Shown: one piece after another, positions 56,396 to 64,000 of the stretch | Position numbering within the stretch: the stretch's first letter is position 1 | Layout: every line of letters starts with the position of its first letter | Assembly: GCA_035530855.1 (NCBI GenBank) | Contig: DATKUA010000037.1 | Location: 30,333-94,332, forward strand | Direction of reading: 5' to 3' | DNA: 64,000 nt | From: Acidobacteriota bacterium | GTDB lineage: Bacteria; Acidobacteriota; DATKUA01 | Notes under the pieces: model-generated | Databases searched by the model: none | The model's input: only the letters and a program-made list of their open reading frames with translations | Told to the model about the DNA's origin: nothing | Position numbers and translations under genes: made by a program

Positions 56396-57238
56396 ATGTC
56401 ACCTACCCGACAAAATCCTGACGTCGTCGGTTTGATCGCCGGAGGCGGGGGGCTGCCTGCAATCGTGGCTCTCGAAGCCCTCCGTCAAGGCAAAACACTT
56501 GTGATTGCGGGACTGAAAGGATTCGTCGACAGCGACCTCAGGCAGCATAGCGAGGCTTTCCGTGTTATCGATCCCGGTAATCTCAGAGATTGCATTTCAT
56601 TCCTCAAGGATGCCGGCGCTAAAGAGGTGGTTTTTTGCGGTCAAATAGACCATCGCGAGATATTTGCTCGGCGGCAATTCGATGATCTTATGGCCTCAAT
56701 CATCGCTCAGGCTGACAACCGTGCCGATTCCCTCCTCGGGCGTATAGCCGAGACGGTGGAGCAACACGGCCTGCGGGTTGCCGCTCTGCGAAATTACCTC
56801 GGCCTAAATTTGGCAGGTGAGGGTGTGCTCGGAAAAATCGCACCCGATGAGTCATCTCAGCGCGATCTGGAATTCGGCTGGCCTCTTGCCATGGAATTAG
56901 CTGAGCTGAATATCGGCCAGGCCATCATGGTAAAAAGCGGCGTGGTCATCGCCGTGGAAGCGGCGGAAGCCACAGACAGGATGATCGCTCGCGGCGGCGA
57001 GTTGGCGGGTCCCGGCGCCGTGATTATCAAACTTCCACGAAAGGACAAGGATCCTCGATTCGATATACCAGCGGTCGGGAGCGAGACGATAGCATCCATG
57101 TTTAAAGCCGGTGTCAAACTGTTGGCTTTTGCCGCGGGTAATACGATCCTCATCGATCCCGAAGAGTTCCTGGCCGCTGCGGACAAGGCAGGAATCGCAG
57201 TTGTGTCAAAGATTCTTGAATGGGAGCGTGGATCTTGA
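56396..57238 (+). CDS. lpxI: UDP-2,3-diacylglucosamine hydrolase LpxI (DUF1009)
   Basis: The N-terminal 'VGLIAGGGGLPAIVA' and the C-terminal 'DIPAVGSETIASMFKAGVKLLAFAAGNTILID' are DUF1009/LpxI-like. Its position directly after lpxA is where lpxI sits in alphaproteobacteria. Confidence 0.72.
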   Translation: MSPTRQNPDVVGLIAGGGGLPAIVALEALRQGKTLVIAGLKGFVDSDLRQHSEAFRVIDPGNLRDCISFLKDAGAKEVVFCGQIDHREIFARRQFDDLMASIIAQADNRADSLLGRIAETVEQHGLRVAALRNYLGLNLAGEGVLGKIAPDESSQRDLEFGWPLAMELAELNIGQAIMVKSGVVIAVEAAEATDRMIARGGELAGPGAVIIKLPRKDKDPRFDIPAVGSETIASMFKAGVKLLAFAAGNTILIDPEEFLAAADKAGIAVVSKILEWERGS

Positions 57239-58164
57239 GCCCGGTAAAGATCGGCGTTGTCGGCGTCGGCGGATTCGGCCGCCATCATCCACGGATTCTC
57301 TCGGAGATCGGTGGATTCGATCTGGCGGGCATCTATGATCTCGACGGCGAGCGCGCAGCCGAGGTGGCTCAGATGACCGGCTCCAAGGTGTTTCCAAGCT
57401 TGGGAGCCCTTCTCGATGCAGTCGAAGCCGTCTGTATCATCGTCCCCACCAGCCGGCACGCTGATGTGGCTGTCGAGGCCCTCAAAGCGGGAAAACACGC
57501 TTTCGTCGAAAAACCGATTGCATCCAACCTCGCTGAGGCGGACAGGATCATTGAGGCTGCGGAGGTAGCGGGAAAGAAACTGGCCGTCGGGCAGATAGAG
57601 CGCTTCAACCCGGCGTTTTCAGCGGCGACAAAGGGATTCTCGGGACTCCGTTTCCTCAGGGCTGAGCGCCTCGGTGTCTGGGTCGGCACCAACATCGATG
57701 TCGACATCGTCATCGACCTGATGATCCACGATATCGACCTCCTGGTCGCCCTCGACGGATCGCCCGCCTCGGATATCCGGGCAGATGGCACGCCGGTATT
57801 GGCCAACAACGCCGACATCGCAAATGCCAGAATCGAGCTGGAATCGGGAGCCGTGGCGGTCCTCGATGCCAGCCGCATCTCCAAACAGAGACACCGGATG
57901 CTGCGCCTCTACTCGGACAACGAGTACATCTCGATAGACATGCTTAACCGCAAGGCGTATTCAGCCCGCAAGCGGGTTGAGGAGGAACGCGATATCATTT
58001 CCGGCGAAGAAATCACCATCCCTGACAAGGAACCGCTGAAAGAAGAGCTGGAGGCGTTTCTTGACTTGATTAAAAACAGGCCGAGCCCGATCGCCGGCGG
58101 AATCGCGGCCAGGCATTCCTTAGACCTCGCATTACGTGTGTCGGAAGTAATCAGAAGCAAATGA
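57220..58164 (+). CDS. Gfo/Idh/MocA-family NAD(P)-dependent oxidoreductase, a possible UDP-GlcNAc 3-dehydrogenase (GnnA-like)
   Basis: The Rossmann motif is 'IGVVGVGGFGRHH'. 'EKPIASNLAEADRIIEAAE' is typical of Gfo/Idh/MocA. It overlaps lpxI by 19 nt and the downstream hydrolase by 4 nt. Confidence 0.72.
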   Translation: MGAWILSPVKIGVVGVGGFGRHHPRILSEIGGFDLAGIYDLDGERAAEVAQMTGSKVFPSLGALLDAVEAVCIIVPTSRHADVAVEALKAGKHAFVEKPIASNLAEADRIIEAAEVAGKKLAVGQIERFNPAFSAATKGFSGLRFLRAERLGVWVGTNIDVDIVIDLMIHDIDLLVALDGSPASDIRADGTPVLANNADIANARIELESGAVAVLDASRISKQRHRMLRLYSDNEYISIDMLNRKAYSARKRVEEERDIISGEEITIPDKEPLKEELEAFLDLIKNRPSPIAGGIAARHSLDLALRVSEVIRSK

Positions 58165-59264
58165 GTGGAATCGGTCTTGCAGCGTTGGAACGGGAAATCG
58201 ATACGCTGTTATGCGGCGGTGCTTTTCCCGGATGCGTTGTCCTAATCGCTCGAAACGGGGAAATCGTCTATAACCAAGCCTTCGGAGACAGTGTTGCCTT
58301 ACCCCGGAAGATTAAGGCGAGGGTCGAGACTATTTACGACACCGCCTCCCTGACGAAACCGTTGATTACCACGGCGCTTACCCTGCATCAAATCGAGGAG
58401 AAAGAGATCGGTTTCGACACTACCCTTGGCGAGCTTATCGATGGCTGCCCTGAGGACAAGCGATTCATAACTGTAACCGACCTACTGACTCACAGATCAG
58501 GCATTGTCGCCTGGTATCCGCTCTTCGCATTTGGCGACGATCTGGAATCTTACGTCGAAAGCATCTTAAGTTTGCCGCTTGCTGTGCCGCCCCGAAAGGA
58601 AACGATCTACAGTTGCCCCGGTTTTGTGGTTTTGGCTTACATCATCGAAAGCATAGCCGGCAAGCGTTTTGCCGACTTGGCAAACGAATTGATTATCTCA
58701 CCGCTTAATCTCAAGCGGACATCCCTCGGGCGCCCCGCCTTTCCCCTCGAGGAGATCGCCGCGACGGAGGACGGCAGCCACATCGAGCGAGAGATGAGCC
58801 AGCCTTACGGCGTCACCTTCGTCTTCCGCGATGGAATCATCTGGGGTGAAACCCACGACACGAATTCCCATGTTGTCGGGGGCAGCGCTGGAAATGCCGG
58901 CCTTTTTACCACTGCGGCTGAAGCGTTCATTTTGACGGAGCAGTGGGGGCCGCGCTCAAAACTCTTTAAGCAGGAGACACTTGCGGGAATCAGCGAAAAT
59001 CTCACTCCATTCGGACCGCAGCACAGAAGCCTCGGCTGGCAGCTGGCCTCGAGCCCCGATTGCAGCGCCTGCTCAGGGCTCTCGCGGAACTCCATCGGTC
59101 ACACCGGTTTCACCGGCTGTAGCATATGGTTCGACCGCGAGTTGGATTTTATTTTCGCCCTCTTCACCAACAGGATTCACCCGCAGGCGAGCAAGGCCGA
59201 CATGGTCGTGATCAGGCGGCGGCTCTGCAATCTGGCCTTGCAGGCATTACCTGCTGAGGGCTGA
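58161..59264 (+). CDS. Serine hydrolase of the beta-lactamase/transpeptidase fold (class C beta-lactamase / esterase-like)
   Basis: 'ETIYDTASLTKPLITTAL' is the S-x-x-K active-site motif. 'HRSG' and a C-terminal 'IGHTGFTGCSIWFD' are present. It is the last gene of the lpx operon. Confidence 0.7.
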   Translation: MSGIGLAALEREIDTLLCGGAFPGCVVLIARNGEIVYNQAFGDSVALPRKIKARVETIYDTASLTKPLITTALTLHQIEEKEIGFDTTLGELIDGCPEDKRFITVTDLLTHRSGIVAWYPLFAFGDDLESYVESILSLPLAVPPRKETIYSCPGFVVLAYIIESIAGKRFADLANELIISPLNLKRTSLGRPAFPLEEIAATEDGSHIEREMSQPYGVTFVFRDGIIWGETHDTNSHVVGGSAGNAGLFTTAAEAFILTEQWGPRSKLFKQETLAGISENLTPFGPQHRSLGWQLASSPDCSACSGLSRNSIGHTGFTGCSIWFDRELDFIFALFTNRIHPQASKADMVVIRRRLCNLALQALPAEG

Positions 59265-59299
59265 TACGGCCCACTGGTTTCTTACAGGCCGCTGTACGA

Positions 59300-61327
59300 C
59301 TATTGTTGCACGTCTATCGCCACTTCCAGTTTCCGCACTGTTGAACCCTTGGCAACTCTGACCGGAAGTTCCAACCGGCTGTCGCTGACAAAGCACAACG
59401 CTTCCTCGCCTTCGCGGCAATAGTAAATCGTGTAGTCAATCAACAGGCTTCCCTCGCCCTCCTTGAGCTGCAGAGCCAGGCTCGCTGGAAAATCAGGGTG
59501 CTTCAAACGCACCGGTAAGCCGCCGCCGATCGATAAGGTTCCGGGCTCTGCAATGTCGATGGAGATTGAGGTCGGGCCGAGATCATTCAATTTGTATCCA
59601 GGTTCCATCAGCAGCGAGAACTTCAACTCTATTTCTCCGGGTGCGACCATCCGGGCTGGCAGCTTCCTTGCCGTAATGTCTTTGGCGTTGCTCGCGGGCT
59701 TGAGCTTCTCTATATCGCGGATTAAGAGTGTTTCCACCTGACGCGTGGCAAGATCCGCGACCCTGATGAGATGGTTGTTTGTATCGGCAATGTAGAGCTT
59801 GCCGTTGGCGATGCTCAGCCCACCCGGCTCGTCGAAGGTTGCTTGCGCTCCATCGGCCATACCCTCCTCACCGGTACCCGCAAAGGAGGTAACTCTTTTC
59901 CCGGGTATGTCTATTTTGCGGATCTTGTTGTTGTAAGTATCAGCGACATAGAGCGAATCCTGATAGAAAGCAACACCGAGTGGATGCTGGAATCGCGCCG
60001 TGTCCCCGACTCCGTCCACATCGCCGAAATCGAAAAGATCGCCGCCGGCGATCGTTTCGACAGCACCTGCCCGATCGAGATCAGCTGAGCGTATCGAGCT
60101 GATCTCGCTGTCGGCGAAATAGAGTTTCACTCCATCCGTTGTCAAGCCGGACGGTTGGGCCAGCGCTGCCTGCAGCAACGGCCCGTCGATACGTGCTTCA
60201 CGACCTGATCCGGCATACGGTTTGACGTAATTCGAGGCAAGGTCCATCACCCAAAGCTGATGCGAACCGGCCATGGCTATGTAGAGCGACCCGCCGACGA
60301 TCTGCAGATCCCATGGAGAGTTGAGCGGCGTTTCCCTGCCGGGTCCGTGCTCGTTGAAAGAGCGTGCCTGGTTTCCGGTTCCCGCCAGGGTTTCGACATT
60401 GCGGCTGGGGAGATCCGCAACGCGTATTGCATGATTTTCGGTGTCGGCGACATAGAGTTTATCCCCTTTGACGGCCAGGCCTTGCGGATGGTTGAATGCC
60501 GCCTTGTCGAAGCCGCCATCCTCGAATCCGGGCCTGCCGCCGCCGATGACGTACATCACCGCGTTGTTTTCCAGCGAGAGGACGATGATCCGATTATTGT
60601 TGCTGTCGGAGACAAACAAGCGGTTGCCCCGTTGATCGGCCAGGACCTTGCCGGGGAAACTGAGGATGCTCGAGGGCACGGAATCCCTTTCCGAGACCAA
60701 CTCTATCGGCGTGCGATCAAGCTCCCCCCTGGCGTCCCAATAGGCGATCATCTCGCCCAGGAATTTATCGAAGGCATCGAAGACGCCCTCTCCCGATTTA
60801 TAGCCGACCACCTTGCCGCGGGGATCGATCACCAAAATCGTCGGCCAGGAGCGCACGGCAAAGCTACGCCAGACCTCCAGCCGGCTGTCGTTGACCACGG
60901 GATGCTCGATCTCGTAGCGCAGGATTGCCTGGCGAATATTGTCGGTATCTTTTTCATTGTCGAATTTCGCCGAGTGCACTCCGATAACCACAAGCTCCTC
61001 GGCATACTTCTCCTCCAGCTTCTTCAGGTCGGGGATGATGTGCATGCAGTTGATGCAGCAGTATGTCCAGAAGTCGAGCATAACTATCTTGCCCCGTAAG
61101 TCGGCGAGACTCAGCCTCCGGCCCGTGTTGAGCCATTCAAGATCTCCCGGAAAATCGGGAGCGGTTATCTTGCCTTCGAATTTTTCCACCGCAATGCCGT
61201 CCTTTCCTTCGATACTGCAACCGGCCGAGGCAAACAGTAGAAAACCTGTTGCCAACGCCGCAAGCGCGACTACCGGGAGAAGAGTCGATTGTCTGGTTTT
61301 CGAATCAACGTTTATTGTTTTTTGCAT
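59300..61327 (-). CDS. Secreted lipoprotein with a thioredoxin-like (redoxin) domain followed by a six-blade NHL-repeat β-propeller (NHLRC2-like)
   Basis: The lipobox is 'LFASAGCS'. The redox motif is 'WTYCCINCMH'. NHL blades are 'NNRIIVL', 'LYVADTENHAIRV', 'LYFADSEISSIRS', 'LYVADTYNNKIRKI' and 'LYIADTNNHLIRVADL'. Confidence 0.75.
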   Translation of the reverse strand: MQKTINVDSKTRQSTLLPVVALAALATGFLLFASAGCSIEGKDGIAVEKFEGKITAPDFPGDLEWLNTGRRLSLADLRGKIVMLDFWTYCCINCMHIIPDLKKLEEKYAEELVVIGVHSAKFDNEKDTDNIRQAILRYEIEHPVVNDSRLEVWRSFAVRSWPTILVIDPRGKVVGYKSGEGVFDAFDKFLGEMIAYWDARGELDRTPIELVSERDSVPSSILSFPGKVLADQRGNRLFVSDSNNNRIIVLSLENNAVMYVIGGGRPGFEDGGFDKAAFNHPQGLAVKGDKLYVADTENHAIRVADLPSRNVETLAGTGNQARSFNEHGPGRETPLNSPWDLQIVGGSLYIAMAGSHQLWVMDLASNYVKPYAGSGREARIDGPLLQAALAQPSGLTTDGVKLYFADSEISSIRSADLDRAGAVETIAGGDLFDFGDVDGVGDTARFQHPLGVAFYQDSLYVADTYNNKIRKIDIPGKRVTSFAGTGEEGMADGAQATFDEPGGLSIANGKLYIADTNNHLIRVADLATRQVETLLIRDIEKLKPASNAKDITARKLPARMVAPGEIELKFSLLMEPGYKLNDLGPTSISIDIAEPGTLSIGGGLPVRLKHPDFPASLALQLKEGEGSLLIDYTIYYCREGEEALCFVSDSRLELPVRVAKGSTVRKLEVAIDVQQ

Positions 61328-61453
61328 TATCCTACGTACCTTTTAGAGTTACCTCCGGCATCATTGCTTGTTGATACGAGGAATATCTGCTTTATAGTCC
61401 GGCTGGACTGGAATGGTTCTTACACGGATCGGTAGGGATCAGCAACAATCCGC

Positions 61454-62614
61454 TTAGAGATTTTCCTTTTGATCGGAACCGGCAACGCAGACGCGGTCGC
61501 GTCCTTCTCCCTTTGCACGATAAAGTGCTTTATCAGCCAGAGAAATAAGAGTGTCTAGCGAAACGAAGCTCTTACCGGTCTCCGCAGTGCCGGCGATACC
61601 GAAACTCGCGGTATAACGCAGCACACCGCCCGCCTCAAGCTGAACGGGATCAGTTTTGATAGCTTTGCGTAATCTCTCGGCAATGTTTACAGCTTCCTGG
61701 ATGCCGGTGTCGGGCAGCAATAACAAGAATTCCTCGCCACCCCATCGCCCCAGCCAGTCATAGGGCCTGATGTTTTCTAAAACCACGCTTGCCGCCTTCC
61801 GAAGCACGTCGTCACCGGCAAGGTGACCGCTGGTATCATTAATCTGTTTGAAGTGGTCCAGGTCCATCATGACCACGCTGAGTGCGCCGCCGCGTTCAGC
61901 CCTGCAGAGCTCTGCCTCCGCGTTCCTGGTAATCGCTCTCCTGTTGAGCACGCCGGTCAGCAGGTCGTAATCCGCCATGTTCTGCTGGTGCGCATAAGCT
62001 TCTTTTAACCGGTTCTCCAAATCCTTCTGCTGCGAAATATCGAAGAACAACTCCAGCAAATGTCTCTTGCCGTTAATGTCGAGAGGCACCACAGATTTGA
62101 GGATCGGCACCTCTTCGCCCTTCGCCGTTACCAATAAGCGCTCGGAACAGTCCGCCTCCTGCCCCAGATCGGTCATCGGGCAATACCCCTCCTCCGCAGG
62201 GCACAGATACTTGTGGCAGACTTCTCCGATGACCTTGCGCTTCGGCGCCTTGAAAGTTTCCAGTGCAGCCTTGTTGGCCTCGATAATCCGGTGATTCTCG
62301 GGATCGACGATGACGATGCCAGCTGGAATGGTGTGCATTATCCTGAGGGATTTCTCCCAGACTTCATGCATAGCGCCGGTTTGGTATCTAATCTCCTTCT
62401 TTGTCAGGCTGGCAATAACGATAGCGATCACGCTTCCCACGACAAGCAATGCAATGAAAACCTGCAGCCAAACCGGGGATAGAAAATCCTGACCTCCGCC
62501 GAGTAGATTCGACGACACAATAATGCCGACGGCCACAAGCAGAATGAATTCGAGTGCGATAATCCAGGCTGTGAGTTTAAGTCTAAAATTCATCTTCGCC
62601 GGGCTCCAACTCAT
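61454..62614 (-). CDS. Membrane-anchored PAS-GGDEF diguanylate cyclase
   Basis: It has two N-terminal TM helices and a PAS-like region with paired cysteines. The GGDEF domain has 'RWGGEEFLLLL' (an intact GGEEF active site) and the inhibitory-site-like 'RAER'. Confidence 0.8.
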   Translation of the reverse strand: MSWSPAKMNFRLKLTAWIIALEFILLVAVGIIVSSNLLGGGQDFLSPVWLQVFIALLVVGSVIAIVIASLTKKEIRYQTGAMHEVWEKSLRIMHTIPAGIVIVDPENHRIIEANKAALETFKAPKRKVIGEVCHKYLCPAEEGYCPMTDLGQEADCSERLLVTAKGEEVPILKSVVPLDINGKRHLLELFFDISQQKDLENRLKEAYAHQQNMADYDLLTGVLNRRAITRNAEAELCRAERGGALSVVMMDLDHFKQINDTSGHLAGDDVLRKAASVVLENIRPYDWLGRWGGEEFLLLLPDTGIQEAVNIAERLRKAIKTDPVQLEAGGVLRYTASFGIAGTAETGKSFVSLDTLISLADKALYRAKGEGRDRVCVAGSDQKENL

Positions 62615-62687
62615 CGGCAGAGAGAATCAAGCAATTTACCCCGCTTCGATGCTGGATTTATATCAGTTGAAGAGACCAACTCCCACA

Positions 62688-64000
62688 TTAACCGATTTTC
62701 GAAAGCACCGTTTTGTCTACCTTTGCGGCCATCAACTCTACTTTCGCACGAATGCCGGCGGCCTCCTCGGCAGCATCCTTCTTATACTCCGAGTCCTCGA
62801 GGCCGGGGAGGTTGATCAGGACGTTGTAGGAGGCTCCGATTGCACAAGTTAGAATGCATTGTGCCGCGACACCGGCATCGCTGACGCTGTTTACATTGCC
62901 AATCTCCGCAATGCGCCCGGCCAGTTCCAGTGCTTCGGGAGCCTTGCGCAGCACCTCCATCGGCACCATTACCGCTCCCTTGCCGGCTTCCTCGATAGCC
63001 GCTCCGCGGGCGGCCTTCTCCTCATCGCTCTTCTTGGGCAATCTCATCGCGGTCATCACAGCATCGAAAGCCTCGCTGTCGCGGTCAACCGCCTTGACAA
63101 AGAAGTCCTTTAACGCCTGGGCCTTTTCGGCAATCTCAACTACTTCATCCCAGACTCCCTTGTAATCATTCTTGCCGTGCGTGAGGTTGGCAACCATCGA
63201 CGCCAGGGCGGAACCGAGCGCGCCGCAGAGCGCGGCTACGCTGCCTCCGCCGGGAACCGGCGAATCTATCGATATTTCATCGACTAAATCGACGACGCTG
63301 CGCCCGACAAGATTGCCTACCTTTTCCACACGGTATTCGACAATCTTGTCATCGGCGTTGAACGGCGACACTTCGCTCAGCCCCAAGCTTATTGCAGCTA
63401 TCTCAATCAGCTCGCGCTCGGGCACCCCTGTGCTCTTACCCTGTTGCTTGAGGAAGTAGTGCCCAGCCTCCAGCATGGCCGCCTTCGGGATCAATCCGAC
63501 CAGCTCACATCCGGTAACCCGCAAACCCTTCTCAGCAGCCAGTTTACGCACTGCCTCAAACACGAGGTGAGGCGGCGTTACTTTGTAATTGGTGAAGTTA
63601 ATAGAAATCTGCGCGCGTCTGTACTCATCGATGTACCAGCCAATCGCCTTACAGTGTTGGAACATGCCGTCCTGGCGTACCTTATTGCCGTCGGCATCGC
63701 GGACGAATTTGCCGTCTTCATCGCGCTGCCACCGCCCGCGCTCCCTGATGGTTATTGCAATGTCATGCACCAGGTCGCGGTCGCGCGTGTTGAGGTTGAT
63801 GTTGTAGGCGATGAGGAACTCGCGCGCCCCGATTGCGGTCGCCCCTGCGCCGGAATTAAATTCGGCTGGGCCGAAGTCGGGCTTCCACTCCGGATCCTTC
63901 AGCTTCTTCGGTAGCCCCTCGTACTCGCCCGATCTGACATCAGCCAAGTTGCGGCGTTCCGGCCGACTGGCAGCGTTCTCATACAGATAGACCGATATTC
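62688..64000 (-). CDS. ftcD: Glutamate formimidoyltransferase / formimidoyltetrahydrofolate cyclodeaminase (FtcD-like), 5'-truncated at the window edge
   Basis: 'VRSGEYEGLPKKLKDPEWKPDFGPAEF...GATAIGAREFLIAYNINL' aligns with mammalian FTCD '[27 protein letters not shown]...GATATGARKFLIAFNINL'. The C-terminal cyclodeaminase domain has 'PGGGSVAAL'. The frame stays open upstream of the annotated TTG through to the window end ('...YLYENAASRPERRNLADV'). Confidence 0.8.
   Translation of the reverse strand, partial: ISVYLYENAASRPERRNLADVRSGEYEGLPKKLKDPEWKPDFGPAEFNSGAGATAIGAREFLIAYNINLNTRDRDLVHDIAITIRERGRWQRDEDGKFVRDADGNKVRQDGMFQHCKAIGWYIDEYRRAQISINFTNYKVTPPHLVFEAVRKLAAEKGLRVTGCELVGLIPKAAMLEAGHYFLKQQGKSTGVPERELIEIAAISLGLSEVSPFNADDKIVEYRVEKVGNLVGRSVVDLVDEISIDSPVPGGGSVAALCGALGSALASMVANLTHGKNDYKGVWDEVVEIAEKAQALKDFFVKAVDRDSEAFDAVMTAMRLPKKSDEEKAARGAAIEEAGKGAVMVPMEVLRKAPEALELAGRIAEIGNVNSVSDAGVAAQCILTCAIGASYNVLINLPGLEDSEYKKDAAEEAAGIRAKVELMAAKVDKTVLSKIG

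Noticed and set aside
1-64000. Search for CRISPR arrays, tRNA/rRNA genes, SRP RNA, and IS or transposase genes
   Set aside because: There are no regularly spaced direct repeats. No intergenic segment has tRNA-like acceptor or T-arm features by eye. No transposase or integrase-like ORFs exist other than the chromosomal XerD.

Overview
This 64-kb window looks like a chromosomal segment of a diderm (Gram-negative-type) bacterium of roughly 55-60% GC, probably an uncultivated lineage. It is densely coding on both strands and is mostly housekeeping genes.

I found no rRNA, tRNA, CRISPR array, transposase or integrase. XerD here is the chromosomal dimer-resolution recombinase.

Genes I recognise (gene symbols without their own feature entry have strand and evidence in the features list):
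- Cell envelope: an LptF/LptG-family permease open to the 5' window edge, murJ, an LptF/G fusion candidate, and a lipid A block fabZ-lpxA-lpxI-Gfo/Idh/MocA oxidoreductase-serine hydrolase.
- Chromosome maintenance and repair: xerD, parA/parB, recN.
- Translation and tRNA modification: rpsT, rplU-rpmA-obg-rsfS, dtd, miaB, tgt, rimO, asnS.
- Secretion: yajC-secD-secF, ftsY.
- Lipid metabolism: pgpA, plsY, gpsA.
- Riboflavin: a reductase-only ribD plus ribBA.
- Histidine catabolism: hutU and a 5'-truncated ftcD.
- Type IV pilus: a complete pilM-N-O-P-Q assembly operon.
- Regulation and signalling: an ECF sigma/anti-sigma/HEAT-repeat module and a PAS-GGDEF cyclase.

Best candidates for something new:
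1. A two-gene cytochrome bd-like oxidase whose CydA-like subunit carries a C-terminal CXXCH cytochrome c domain (OR-C-type; bioinformatically described but biochemically uncharacterised).
2. A catalytically dead aspartate-semialdehyde-dehydrogenase paralog paired with a DUF465 gene on an AT-rich islet.
3. The pilus locus extended by two unknown lipoproteins and a small excisionase-type HTH gene, with a 1019-aa PilQ carrying a ~270-aa polyacidic insert.
4. An apparent in-frame LptF-LptG tandem fusion.
5. An orphan P-loop ATPase with a winged-helix tail downstream of hutU.

I also note several acidic low-complexity proteins, a histone-H1-like tail on L21, a structured rplU leader, and repeat and palindrome elements upstream of tgt.
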